Part shown: in pieces, positions 21,429 through 31,786 of the stretch | How positions within the stretch are numbered: the first letter of the stretch is position 1 | Layout of the letters: each line of letters opens with the position of its first letter | Assembly: GCA_965208325.1 (NCBI GenBank) | Contig: OZ242326.1 | Coordinates: 2,976,001-3,040,000 of the forward strand | Origin: Candidatus Poribacteria bacterium | Lineage (GTDB): Bacteria; Poribacteria; WGA-4E; PCPOR2b | DNA: 64,000 nucleotides | Reading direction: 5' to 3' | Program-made: the position numbers and the translations under genes | Notes under the pieces: model-generated | The model's input: only the letters and a program-made list of their open reading frames with translations | The model's database searches: none | Told to the model about the DNA's origin: nothing

Positions 21429-23411
21429 ATGGCTAGCCAAAATACCAAACCCTGGCTTGAGGACGTAGAAGGAAATCAGGTACTTGATATTATCAATCTT
21501 GACGCAGATCTTATTTTGGTTGAGGCGGGACCTGGTACTGGAAAAACTTTCGGTTTAGTTCGTCGCGTACAGAGAATTCTCCATCCACAGGGGCTTAATG
21601 TACCGGGCGAGGACGTCTTGGTAGTCGCGTTTAATCGTGCAATTGCAAAGCAACTGAGGAACGATATATACGAACGCCTAAATAACTCGCTACACGACGG
21701 TAAGCCAGTTATCTGTACAGTACATGCACTTTGTTTAGACGTTCTACGTAGTAGTCTAAGAATTCTTCTTCCGCATGAAGTGGAAGCGATGATTTATGAC
21801 GTTCTATGCGATATGCCACAGTTTCGTGAGAAGTTTGAAGATCAACCTCATGCTCAACAAGCATTCGAAAACCATGCAGCGAATCTTGAAGATCACATAG
21901 AATTGTGGCAATCCGTGGATTCATGGCTTCGCCGACACGATGCAATACATATTACTGAATTGCCAAGTCTTTTGACCGATAGACTTAAATGGGGCGATTT
22001 TTCGGACAAGAATTTTACACATATAATTGTGGACGAATTCCAAGATCTAACGCCCATTGAGCAAGAATTATTCCTTAAGCTTAGGGGTGAGCGCGGCAAA
22101 CTTGTGGCATTAGGCGATCCGCGCCAATCCATTTATACTTTTAGAGGGAATGATCCTGAGGGACTGGACAAAATTAATAAACTCCCGGCTTCATCCGTGA
22201 AAATTTCAATGACAGAATGCCGTCGTTGCCCTGCAGAAATTGTGGAGGCTGCAAATCGGTTAATGATACGATATAAAACAGAACCGATGGTTGCAACAAG
22301 TAATTTGACGCCTAATGTTCATGTTGTCGTCTGGAAATCATCAAGAGAGGAAGTCAAAGGGATGGCGCGCGCGATTGTCGAAAACATCGCCGCACATCCC
22401 GAAGAGCAGCATCTTGCTATGGTTACACGCCGTGAGTTCGGTTACTGGATTCGGGAAGAAATCTCCAAACAAAATATCAACCTGAAAATAGATCTCAGTT
22501 TTTCGGAAAGCATGTTAGAGACTTGGTCGGTACGTGAAGCGTTCCTCTATTTTTGTCTTCGAGCCGATCCCGATGCCCCGACTTGGAGAGCATGGCTGGG
22601 GTACCAAAATTCGTATGATGGTAGAAATTTCAAAGCGGACAATCGCAATGCCGACGCATATCTAAAGTTCTTAAGCGAATGTAACGATAGAATTACAGAT
22701 TTAGACGTTCAAAATCTCGCCAGCCGCTCCAAACAACCGCCCGGCTCGGGAGGTAAAAACCTTTGGCACCGTGCAAAGCGTCTAATTGAACTCAAAGAAC
22801 AAATACCATGGGACGGTGAAGACGCTGTAGCATTCCTAAAAGACGTCTTTGATTCGAGCAAATGGAACGCGGACCAATCGCCTAACCCTGACACTGCGAC
22901 ACTTGATATGAAGTTGATTCTGTCGAAGGCTTGCGATTTATACCATGAGTTAGAAAATCCGACATTTTCAGAACAACAGAAGCTAATGGAAGTTGCAGTA
23001 AAGCTCAGGTATGGCATTGCAACGCGAGAGCAATTTGCGCCCGATGAGCAATCTGATTTGCAGGTCGCTACACTGTGGGGGGCTAAAGGCGTTACGACCG
23101 ATCACGTGTATCTAATTGGTCTCTGTAACGAAGCCATTCCCGGCCCTCGCCGCGATAACTACCCCGGAACAAACGACGATCACTTTGAAGAGCAGCGAAG
23201 ACTTTTCTACGTCTCCATCACGAGATCAAAGAAAACACTAGTGCTATCTCGGGCCGAAAAAATACTCCTTGAGGACGCGCGTAGACTTGGTCTCGCGACA
23301 GATGGGGGAAAGGCCTTTTACCAGCAATTACAGAGGACGGATTTTTTGCGCCAAATCAAGGAATTCCTACCACCGTTTCAGTATGGCAATCGATGGAAGG
23401 GTTGCGTGTAA
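21429..23411 (+). CDS. UvrD/Rep-like SF1 helicase
   Basis: 'AGPGTGKT', 'VDEFQD', 'GDPRQSIYTFRG', 'AKG', 'EEQRRLFYVSITRSK'. Confidence 0.9.
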   Translation: MASQNTKPWLEDVEGNQVLDIINLDADLILVEAGPGTGKTFGLVRRVQRILHPQGLNVPGEDVLVVAFNRAIAKQLRNDIYERLNNSLHDGKPVICTVHALCLDVLRSSLRILLPHEVEAMIYDVLCDMPQFREKFEDQPHAQQAFENHAANLEDHIELWQSVDSWLRRHDAIHITELPSLLTDRLKWGDFSDKNFTHIIVDEFQDLTPIEQELFLKLRGERGKLVALGDPRQSIYTFRGNDPEGLDKINKLPASSVKISMTECRRCPAEIVEAANRLMIRYKTEPMVATSNLTPNVHVVVWKSSREEVKGMARAIVENIAAHPEEQHLAMVTRREFGYWIREEISKQNINLKIDLSFSESMLETWSVREAFLYFCLRADPDAPTWRAWLGYQNSYDGRNFKADNRNADAYLKFLSECNDRITDLDVQNLASRSKQPPGSGGKNLWHRAKRLIELKEQIPWDGEDAVAFLKDVFDSSKWNADQSPNPDTATLDMKLILSKACDLYHELENPTFSEQQKLMEVAVKLRYGIATREQFAPDEQSDLQVATLWGAKGVTTDHVYLIGLCNEAIPGPRRDNYPGTNDDHFEEQRRLFYVSITRSKKTLVLSRAEKILLEDARRLGLATDGGKAFYQQLQRTDFLRQIKEFLPPFQYGNRWKGCV

Positions 23412-23533
23412 GGATTCGGTCACTTATTTAGGCGACTAAAACCGGGTTTGTACAATATTGACGCATAAACTTTAAATTAGTCTGTAAAAATTCGCTTCGA
23501 TTGCACTATGTTAACAGATTCTGAGGTGTGAAT

Positions 23534-26500
23534 ATGAGCTTTCAGAACGTACTAGACAAATACAGAAAAATCGCTTTCTCCAAGCGCGACATAGGCGATC
23601 GTTTTGAGCGGTTGATGCAGGCGTACCTCAAAACAGACCCTAAATACGCCGCCAAATTCAAAACGGTTTGGCTATGGAATGAGTTCCCCTGGAAATTCGA
23701 CTTAGGTGGTGTTGACTCGGGAATTGATATCGTCGCGGTGACCCACGAAGGCGACTATTGGGCAGTTCAGTGCAAATGCTATCTAGAAGACGCACGTATT
23801 GATAAACCCGCCGTTAACAGTTTCCTCGCCACATCAAGCCGCGAGTTCAAAAACGAAAGCCTTCAAACCACTCGTTTTGCACACCGCCTGTGGATCTCTA
23901 CGACCAACCACTGGGGAAGTAACGCCACTGAGGCAATAACGAATCAAAACCCTCCCGTAACGCGAATCAACCTTTCCGATTTAATTGACGCCCCAGTTGA
24001 TTGGGAAAAATTGGATGCCGGCGTCCATGGTGAAGCCGCACGTGCACTCCGCAAATCGCTTCTCCCCCACCAAGTAGAAGCTTTGCAAAAAGCGCACGTC
24101 CACTTCCAAACCTCAGACCGTGGAAAGCTTATCATGGCTTGTGGGACCGGAAAAACTTTCAACGCTCTGCGCATTGCCGAAAGCGAAACCGATGGTAAGG
24201 GTTTGATACTCTTCCTCGTTCCGAGCATCGCTCTATTGGCTCAAGCGCTGCGCGAATGGAGCGCGGATGCTAACGAACCCATCAATGCTATCTGCATCTG
24301 CTCCGACCCGAAAGTTTCTGTAAAGAGGACCAGAAACCTAGATAGAGTCACCGTCAGTGTCGTCGATTTGGCGTTTCCTGCGTCAACCAATAGCAGGGAC
24401 ATTTTGCGCCAATTTCGATACATACAAATGAAAGATTCGCCGGGAATGACGGTTGTATTTTCCACCTATCAATCTATAGATGTGATATCCGAAGCCCAGA
24501 CTGTTTTGCTGGAAAACGGCTTCAAAGAATTTGACCTGATAATCTGTGACGAAGCCCATCGCACCACAGGCGTGACGTTGGCGAATGAGGATGAATCCGC
24601 CTTTACCAAAGTGCACGATAACCAATTCATCAAAGCAAAAAAACGACTGTACATGACGGCAACACCGCGCCTTTACAGCGATGACGCCAAGAGCAAAGCA
24701 GCAGAGGCCGACGCGATTCTTTGTTCTATGGACGACCCGAAATTGTACGGAGAGGAGATTTATCGCATCGGATTTGGTGAAGCTGTAGAACGAGACCTTC
24801 TCACCGATTACAAAGTGCTGATTCTAACACTCAGCGACGCAGATGTACCTCCTGCGGTACAAGACGCAATAGCCAACAATGAGACAGAAATCAGAACGGA
24901 TGATGTGTCAAAGCTAATCGGCTGCATCAATGCTTTGTCCAAACAGTTTTTGGGCGACGACGGTGAAACAAAAAAATCGGATCCCGAACCCATGCAGCGC
25001 GCCGTTGCGTTCTGCCAAAGTATCGCTGTATCCAAAACGATAACGGCCGCCTACAATCAGCTAACCGATACTTATCTTGACGCTTTGCCCGCTGAACAAA
25101 AAGAGAAAATGGTGTCAGTAAATGCCAAGCATATTGATGGTACCATGACGGCTCCAGACAGAGATGAGATGCTCGGATGGTTAAAAGCCTCCACCGAAAA
25201 CAACGAGTGTCGTGTCCTAACAAACGTCCGTGTGCTTAGTGAAGGCGTAGATGTTCCATCCTTAGATGCCGTCTTGTTTATATCCGCGAAGAACTCCCAG
25301 GTGGACGTGGTCCAATCGGTGGGACGGGTTATGCGCCGATCGCCAGGCAAGAAATACGGTTACATTATTATTCCGGTTGTCGTGCCGCCGGATGTCCCCC
25401 CTGAAAAAGCGCTCGACGACAACGAACGGTACAAAGTCGTCTGGACAGTGCTTTATGCCCTTCGAGCACATGACGACCGCTTCAATGCAACGGTAAACAA
25501 AATAGACCTCAACAAAAAACGCCCACCCCAAATCATAGTAGGTGGTCCTGAAATCACTTTCGATGAGAATGGTAATCCGATATTCATCAAAGAGGATTCC
25601 GCCAGCTACGAGGACAATGACGCGATTGCACACCAACTGATGTTGCGGTTTGAAGAACTGCAAACTGTTATATTCGCACGCATGGTGCAAAAGGTTGGCG
25701 ACCGCCTGTATTGGGAGCAGTGGGCGAAAGATGTTGCAGCTATTGTAGAGCGTCAAATTGAACGAATCAATTACCTTGTCTCGTCCAAACAGGACCAAAA
25801 AGTCGTATTCCAAACCTTCGTTGCTGGCCTGCAAAAGAACATCAATCCAAGCATCACCGAAGATCAAGCCGTAGAGATGCTCGGTCAGCACATAATCACA
25901 CAACCCATTTTTGAAGTCCTATTTGAAGATTACTCCTTCGCAAAAAGCAACCCTGTTTCCACGGCGATGCAGCGAATGTTGGATGAATTAGAAGGCGAAT
26001 CCGTGGCTGAAGACTCGGCAAAGTTGGCGCGGTTCTATGAATCCGTAAAGAAACGGGCGGCGGATATCGACAATGCGGAAGGTAAGCAGCGCATCATCAT
26101 TGAACTGTACGACAAATTCTTCAAAACCGCATTCCCAAAGATGGTAGAGCAGCTAGGCATTGTTTACACCCCAGTCGAGATTGTGGATTTCATTATTAAA
26201 TCTGTCAACAAAGTCCTGAAGTGTGAGTTTGGCCGTCAACTTTCAGATGAAAACGTCCATATCCTAGATCCCTTTACCGGCACGGGAACCTTTATTACTA
26301 GATTACTGCAAAGCGATTTGATCCCCGCCGAAGATCTTACTCGCAAATACCGGGAGGAATTGCACGCTAATGAGATTGTCTTGTTGGCTTATTATATTGC
26401 TGCGGTAAATATCGAAAATGCTTATCACGATCGGTTGGGCGACGAAAGCGGATACGAACGGTTTGAAGGCATTGTGCTCGCTGACAGCTTTCAACTAGGC

Positions 26501-28399
26501 GAAACGGACGAAATCCAAGCGTGTATTACAGAAATGTTCCCCCAAAATTCCGAACGGACCGTTCGGCAAAAGAAAATCCCGTTGCAGGTGATTATAGGCA
26601 ATCCACCGTATTCTGAGGGACAGAAATCAGCCAATGACAATGCCCCGAACCAAAAACATGACAATTTGGATGTTCGGATTGCTGAAACGTATGCAGAGGC
26701 AACTAGAGCGGCCAACAAGAAACCGCTTTACAATTCATACTTCAAAGCCTTCCGTTGGAGCACTGATCGTTTAGACCCAATTCATGGTGGAGTGGTTGCC
26801 TTTGTCACGAATGCGCAATGGATAGATGGCAACAGTTTGGATGGCTTCCGCAAGATAATAGAAAAGGAGTTCTCTAGTATTTGGGTGTTCAACCTGCGAG
26901 GAAATGCCCGTACTTCAGGTGAATTGAGACGAAAAGAGCGTGGCAACGTCTTTGCTGGCGGTTCGCAAAACCCAATTGCCATTACACTCTTGGTGAAGAA
27001 CCCTCGATCCAAATCAGAGAAAGCTGTTATTCGATACTCCGAAGTTGAGGACTACATGACTCGCGAACAAAAGTTGGCTCTCGTAAGCAAATTCGCAATC
27101 CTCGACCACCCTGAGATGCGGTGGGAAACCTTGCAACCCAACCAACACGGTGAGTGGCTAAATCAGCGAAATGACCTATTTGACGACCTTATTCCCTTGG
27201 GGGATAAGGAGCATAACGCCGATGAGGCCGCCTTTTTTGTACCCTATTACAGCCTTGGGCTTGCATCAGGCCGAGACGCCTGGTGTTACAATTCCAACAA
27301 AATGACTCTATCGACCAATATTAAGCAATTGATTGATTTCTACAACAACCAGAGAGAGGCTTTCCACAAAAAAAGACCGTCTGAACCCAAGCTAAGCGTT
27401 GAGGACGCGATTGAATACGACTCGACAAAGATTGCCTGGAACAGGACCCTGCAGCGGGATTTAGAGCGAAATAAGGAAGTCGTTTATACGTCTAACAGCG
27501 TGAATATAGCTATGCATCGCCCGTTCTGCAAACGATATGTTTATTTCGCATCAGAACTTAACGGCATGGTCTATCAACTTCCTAAACTCTTTCCTAAACC
27601 ATCCATACGCAACCAGGTGATTTGTGTTTCAGGGAAAGGGGGCACCAAGGGTTTTTCGGTCCTCATTTCTACCTGTATTCCTGATCTAAATAGCATCGGA
27701 ACTACCCAATGCTTTCCTCTATATTACTTTGCATCGCGAACCAAGCAAAATCCGACCCTGTTTGAGTCCGTCGAAGATAACGAAAAAATTCGTAGAGATG
27801 GAATTACAGATGTCATCCTCGAAAGAGCCAGAACTCAATATGGAAAAAACGTGGACAAGGAGGATATTTTCTACTACGTTTACGGAGTGCTCCACAGCCA
27901 CGATTACCGCACCATCTTTGCCAACAATTTAAAGAGAACCTTGCCCCGCATCCCTTTGACAGACGATGTTCGGGATTTTTGGACGTTCAGCAAAGCGGGA
28001 CGCCGCTTGGCGGATTTGCACATCAATTACGAAACTGTTCCCCCATACACAGGCGTAGGTGTCTGGGGTGCGGAACATGAATTCTACCGTGTAGAAAAAA
28101 TGCGCTTTCCAAAAAACGGACAAGGCGACACCATTATTTTCAACAGTAGAATTACGGTTACACATATTCCGCCAAAGGCATACGAATATGTCGTCAATGG
28201 AAAATCCGCAATAGCTTGGATTATGGATCGCTACCGAGTAACTGTCCACAAAGCCAGCGGTATCAAGAACGATCCCAACGATTGGGCGGAGGAAGTTGGC
28301 AACCCAAGATACATTCTTGACCTGCTATTGAGCATCATCAATGTCAGCGTCCAAACCGTGGACATCGTAAATGCGTTACCTAAATTCAAATTTGAGTGA
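23534..28399 (+). CDS. Type ISP restriction-modification enzyme (LlaGI/LlaBIII-like)
   Basis: Mrr-type nuclease 'IDIVA..WAVQCK'; SF2 ATPase 'MACGTGKT' and 'DEAH'; N6-adenine MTase 'LDPFTGTGTF' and 'NPPY'; C-terminal specificity region ending 'SGIKNDPNDW'. Confidence 0.94.
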   Translation: MSFQNVLDKYRKIAFSKRDIGDRFERLMQAYLKTDPKYAAKFKTVWLWNEFPWKFDLGGVDSGIDIVAVTHEGDYWAVQCKCYLEDARIDKPAVNSFLATSSREFKNESLQTTRFAHRLWISTTNHWGSNATEAITNQNPPVTRINLSDLIDAPVDWEKLDAGVHGEAARALRKSLLPHQVEALQKAHVHFQTSDRGKLIMACGTGKTFNALRIAESETDGKGLILFLVPSIALLAQALREWSADANEPINAICICSDPKVSVKRTRNLDRVTVSVVDLAFPASTNSRDILRQFRYIQMKDSPGMTVVFSTYQSIDVISEAQTVLLENGFKEFDLIICDEAHRTTGVTLANEDESAFTKVHDNQFIKAKKRLYMTATPRLYSDDAKSKAAEADAILCSMDDPKLYGEEIYRIGFGEAVERDLLTDYKVLILTLSDADVPPAVQDAIANNETEIRTDDVSKLIGCINALSKQFLGDDGETKKSDPEPMQRAVAFCQSIAVSKTITAAYNQLTDTYLDALPAEQKEKMVSVNAKHIDGTMTAPDRDEMLGWLKASTENNECRVLTNVRVLSEGVDVPSLDAVLFISAKNSQVDVVQSVGRVMRRSPGKKYGYIIIPVVVPPDVPPEKALDDNERYKVVWTVLYALRAHDDRFNATVNKIDLNKKRPPQIIVGGPEITFDENGNPIFIKEDSASYEDNDAIAHQLMLRFEELQTVIFARMVQKVGDRLYWEQWAKDVAAIVERQIERINYLVSSKQDQKVVFQTFVAGLQKNINPSITEDQAVEMLGQHIITQPIFEVLFEDYSFAKSNPVSTAMQRMLDELEGESVAEDSAKLARFYESVKKRAADIDNAEGKQRIIIELYDKFFKTAFPKMVEQLGIVYTPVEIVDFIIKSVNKVLKCEFGRQLSDENVHILDPFTGTGTFITRLLQSDLIPAEDLTRKYREELHANEIVLLAYYIAAVNIENAYHDRLGDESGYERFEGIVLADSFQLGETDEIQACITEMFPQNSERTVRQKKIPLQVIIGNPPYSEGQKSANDNAPNQKHDNLDVRIAETYAEATRAANKKPLYNSYFKAFRWSTDRLDPIHGGVVAFVTNAQWIDGNSLDGFRKIIEKEFSSIWVFNLRGNARTSGELRRKERGNVFAGGSQNPIAITLLVKNPRSKSEKAVIRYSEVEDYMTREQKLALVSKFAILDHPEMRWETLQPNQHGEWLNQRNDLFDDLIPLGDKEHNADEAAFFVPYYSLGLASGRDAWCYNSNKMTLSTNIKQLIDFYNNQREAFHKKRPSEPKLSVEDAIEYDSTKIAWNRTLQRDLERNKEVVYTSNSVNIAMHRPFCKRYVYFASELNGMVYQLPKLFPKPSIRNQVICVSGKGGTKGFSVLISTCIPDLNSIGTTQCFPLYYFASRTKQNPTLFESVEDNEKIRRDGITDVILERARTQYGKNVDKEDIFYYVYGVLHSHDYRTIFANNLKRTLPRIPLTDDVRDFWTFSKAGRRLADLHINYETVPPYTGVGVWGAEHEFYRVEKMRFPKNGQGDTIIFNSRITVTHIPPKAYEYVVNGKSAIAWIMDRYRVTVHKASGIKNDPNDWAEEVGNPRYILDLLLSIINVSVQTVDIVNALPKFKFE

Positions 28400-28499
28400 A
28401 AATCATCACAGGCCCTTTTCTTTGTTTAGGCATGAGTTGAAACGTGAAAAATCTGAATAACAGTCTCTAAATACAGATGGAATGAGGACGCAATTCTTT

Positions 28500-28934
28500 A
28501 TGAGTACACACCAAATTCACATATTCATTAGCCACTCATGGCACTACTCAAACCATTATGACACCCTAGCAGATTGGATCTTTGGAGGGAATTGGTCGGT
28601 CGGTCAAGCTTCTTTGGATTTTTTCGATTTCTCCGTTCCTAGAGATGACCCAATCCACAACGCTCCCACTGATAAAGCTCTCCAGCAAGCTATCTATAAT
28701 AAGATTGCCCGTAGTCATGTGATTGTCATTCCGACCGGAATGTATTCTCAATATAGCAAATGGATTAAAAAGGAGATAAACGGCGCAAATTACTACAACA
28801 AACCAATCCTCGCTGTCAATCCGTGGGGACAGGAAAGGACGTCTTCCGTCGTTGTCGACAACGCTACCAGTCGTGTGGGTTGGAACAAAAAATCTGTAAT
28901 TGATGAAATATGGAGGTTGTATAAACTAGAATGA
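28500..28934 (+). CDS. Stand-alone TIR-like protein (MTH538/DUF1863/ThsB-like)
   Basis: 'IFISHSW', 'SKWIKKEI' with the putative catalytic Glu, 'KPILAVNPWG'. Confidence 0.85.
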   Translation: MSTHQIHIFISHSWHYSNHYDTLADWIFGGNWSVGQASLDFFDFSVPRDDPIHNAPTDKALQQAIYNKIARSHVIVIPTGMYSQYSKWIKKEINGANYYNKPILAVNPWGQERTSSVVVDNATSRVGWNKKSVIDEIWRLYKLE

Positions 28935-29452
28935 CAGAGCATGATGTTTCTACTAATGGGATTCGCGACAACCTAGTCGTCAATTCAGAAGACGACTACG
29001 GCAATGATTACAAAGCGCACTGTCTTGAAATATATAAGCTCTATGTTGAAAAAGCGGACGCGATTAGTTCTCGTCGCCAGTCAGCAAATTCCTTTTTCTT
29101 GGCTGTTAACACCGCTGTTCTTGGTGTAATTGGCTATGTTGGGAGATCAGATGACGGAACAAAATTAGCTGTTGGTATAGCCGGCGTGCTGCTTTGCTAT
29201 TTCTGGTATCGACTTATTCGGTCGTATGAGCAAATAAACACTGGAAAATTCGAAATAATTCTCGAGATAGAGAACGAACTTCCACTTTCGCCTTATGATG
29301 CCGAGTGGGAAAGACTTGGTCGGGGAAAAAACCCAACGCTCTACAAGCCATTTACCAGAACCGAGATGGTTGTTCCGTGGATTTTTCTGATCTGTCATGT
29401 CGGCGTAATGGTAAATGCCTTTCTCAAAAGCTGCAAAGTCGGCTTTCCCTGA
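28931..29452 (+). CDS. Small membrane protein with about three TM helices, candidate defence effector
   Basis: ATGA overlap with the TIR gene; amphipathic 'YKLYVEKADAISSRRQSANSFF' followed by hydrophobic segments. Confidence 0.75.
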   Translation: MTEHDVSTNGIRDNLVVNSEDDYGNDYKAHCLEIYKLYVEKADAISSRRQSANSFFLAVNTAVLGVIGYVGRSDDGTKLAVGIAGVLLCYFWYRLIRSYEQINTGKFEIILEIENELPLSPYDAEWERLGRGKNPTLYKPFTRTEMVVPWIFLICHVGVMVNAFLKSCKVGFP

Positions 29453-29861
29453 AAATAAAATGCGCCCGCAATAAAATCTGCCGTACAATTGCCTTACCTT
29501 ACGGGGGCCAACGAGGATTCGGCCTTCAACATCAAATGCCAGACGAGTCTGGACGGTGGTCTACGCGGTTGAATGAATTACAACCAAAGCACCGAATTAT
29601 TCCGAACAGAAACGATATTTGAAATCAGAAACACTAGAGATCTCAAACCAGCCTCGTTCTTTCTAAAGCGATTCCAAAATCGCAGACACGAAAATTTGGT
29701 TTGTCCTCCATGGTTCCTTCCGCGTTTACATTTGCAATAGTAGCTTCAGAACAACAAATGGCCTAAAATGTACGGTCTAGCCAATAGTCGGTTTTCATTT
29801 AGGCTTTCCCAATAGATATAGGAAGATTCTCGATTTCTATAGCTTAATTTTATCGGCGGCA

Positions 29862-30170
29862 CTATTTGTAACCACAAGGAAACCGATGCTCTCCACGAAT
29901 TGTTGATTCTACCAGGCGTCGCTGGGCAGCGGACCATGTTGGCGTGTACCGGACAGCAATCTGAACAGTTCCTTGTCTGTTTTGTTCCCAACAGGACCGC
30001 CGTTCATGGCTGTCTATCCGCGTTTTGATTGTGGAAGATTCTCCCACATCGAGAAAATACCATTTACCGTTTCGACGATAATCAAGAATCACGTAGATTC
30101 CTGCACTATCTCTTAAACCAGCGGTCGTTTGGTATGCACCTGCAAAGTCGTAGCCTGCAATCTTAAACAT
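29862..30170 (-). CDS. Minimal GIY-YIG nuclease-like protein
   Basis: 'AGIYVI...YFLDVGES..IKTRI..H' and a C-terminal Glu ('RLVES'); AGGAGA RBS. Confidence 0.75.
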   Translation of the reverse strand: MFKIAGYDFAGAYQTTAGLRDSAGIYVILDYRRNGKWYFLDVGESSTIKTRIDSHERRSCWEQNRQGTVQIAVRYTPTWSAAQRRLVESTIRGEHRFPCGYK

Positions 30171-30313
30171 GTTGACTCTCCTTTCTTGATTTTTGTTGCT
30201 TATGCCACAAGTGTAGTGTACAATTTAACGTAACCGTATTGTGGCTAGGTAAGCAAAGGTTCGAAATTGATATACGTTGTCGTATTTCCAAATTATACTA
30301 TATCGTATTTATC

Positions 30314-30661
30314 ATGTCAAGGGAAAAAAACAAAAATTTCTCCGACCGTCTGCGTGAAACGCGCGAACGCCGAAATCTTAAACAATCTGAATTGGCTGAA
30401 CGGGCTGGATTACAGGTGGCGGCAGTGTCCCATTTTGAAACGGGCCGGCGGGCACCCTCATTTGATAATCTAAGGCGTCTTGCCGATGCCCTAAATGTTA
30501 CGACGGATTATCTTATTGGCCGTGCCGATAAACCGCGGTCATCTGGGCCTAATATAGATAAGCTGTTTCGTAGTGCGGATGAACTGTCTGGGGCGGATTT
30601 GGAAACTTTGGCGGAATTTGCGGAAGTACTTACCAAAAAAAACAAAAAAGAAGAGGCTTGA
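30314..30661 (+). CDS. XRE-family helix-turn-helix regulator
   Basis: 'LRETRERRNLKQSELAERAGL..AAVSHFETGRRAPSFDNLRRLADALNVTTDYL'. Confidence 0.93.
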   Translation: MSREKNKNFSDRLRETRERRNLKQSELAERAGLQVAAVSHFETGRRAPSFDNLRRLADALNVTTDYLIGRADKPRSSGPNIDKLFRSADELSGADLETLAEFAEVLTKKNKKEEA

Positions 30662-30668
30662 GTCCTTT

Positions 30669-31511
30669 ATGTCTTCTAAGCTTGACTATAAGATGGCGGG
30701 CAAACACGCTGAACATCTTCTCAATAAATTGGGCAAGATTAATCTCCCAATCAATCCGTTTCTAATTGCGGAAGAACACGATATCTTGGTCGAACCGAAG
30801 GAATTTGATACACCCATGGCATTTGGATGCTTACTAAAAGTGGGCGATAATTTTGGCATCATGTATTCCACCAATATAAAGAATGAAGGATTTATGCGAT
30901 TTACTGTTGCCCACGAACTTGGTCATTATTTCTTACCTGGGCATGTAGATGCTCTTTTCGTAAACAAGAAGGTACATTACTCAGAGAGCAACTTTGTTTC
31001 AGCAAATCCATTTGAATTACAGGCGGACCATTTTGCGGCGTCGCTACTGATGCCGTCACCAATATTTCTGAAAGAACTACGTCGCGCCGGAGAAGGGTTT
31101 GTTGCCATTGAGTCACTGGCTAACACCTTCAAAACTTCCATTACAGCGACAGCAATCCGCTTTGCCACACATGCTGAAGATCCGGTGGCCGTAATTGTTA
31201 GTGAGGGCAATAGTATTCAATACTGTTTCATGTCTAACGCTTTAAAGGAAATCAAGGGCATTGAGTGGATTAAGCGCGGAGATATAATTCCAAAATCGAG
31301 CAAAACAGAAAATTTCAATAGTGACAAAAATAACATTACTTTGGGACTCACCGCTGAAGGTTCGACGACGCTTGATGAATGGTTTGATGGTTCACCGGAA
31401 ATACCGATGAACGAAGATGTCGTTGGATTGGGAAGTTACGGCAAAACATTGACCGTTCTATTTACTAATGAACCGTTGGACGATGAAGGCGAAGATGAAT
31501 TCGAATGGTAG
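30669..31511 (+). CDS. ImmA/IrrE family Zn metallo-endopeptidase
   Basis: 'RFTVAHELGH', 'ELQADHFAASLLMP', 'F.TS.TA..IR'; 7 bp downstream of the XRE gene. Confidence 0.92.
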   Translation: MSSKLDYKMAGKHAEHLLNKLGKINLPINPFLIAEEHDILVEPKEFDTPMAFGCLLKVGDNFGIMYSTNIKNEGFMRFTVAHELGHYFLPGHVDALFVNKKVHYSESNFVSANPFELQADHFAASLLMPSPIFLKELRRAGEGFVAIESLANTFKTSITATAIRFATHAEDPVAVIVSEGNSIQYCFMSNALKEIKGIEWIKRGDIIPKSSKTENFNSDKNNITLGLTAEGSTTLDEWFDGSPEIPMNEDVVGLGSYGKTLTVLFTNEPLDDEGEDEFEW

Positions 31512-31786
31512 TAGATGTTGAAAATCTAAACAATCACCTCCCTTCTTGGAACATCTCAATTAATCCTTCAATCAAGCATCCTGTCTTAAATTGAATGAGC
31601 CTTCCCACTTAATCTCCGCCGCAGTAGATTTTGCAAAGATTACTGTGCCGAAAAATCCATTTCATAAAAATCCAAACATGATTGTCCTGTAAAGCGGTTG
31701 AACCGTGCGGAGGATTCGTAATTTCATTTTTCGTATCTCAATCGCGTAAAATCTCTTCAAAATCTAAATTATAAGGAGTATTACAA

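Noticed and set aside
28500..29452. Canonical Thoeris call (thsA/thsB)
   Set aside because: No SIR2/SLOG or Macro-domain effector is recognisable, so no gene symbols were assigned.
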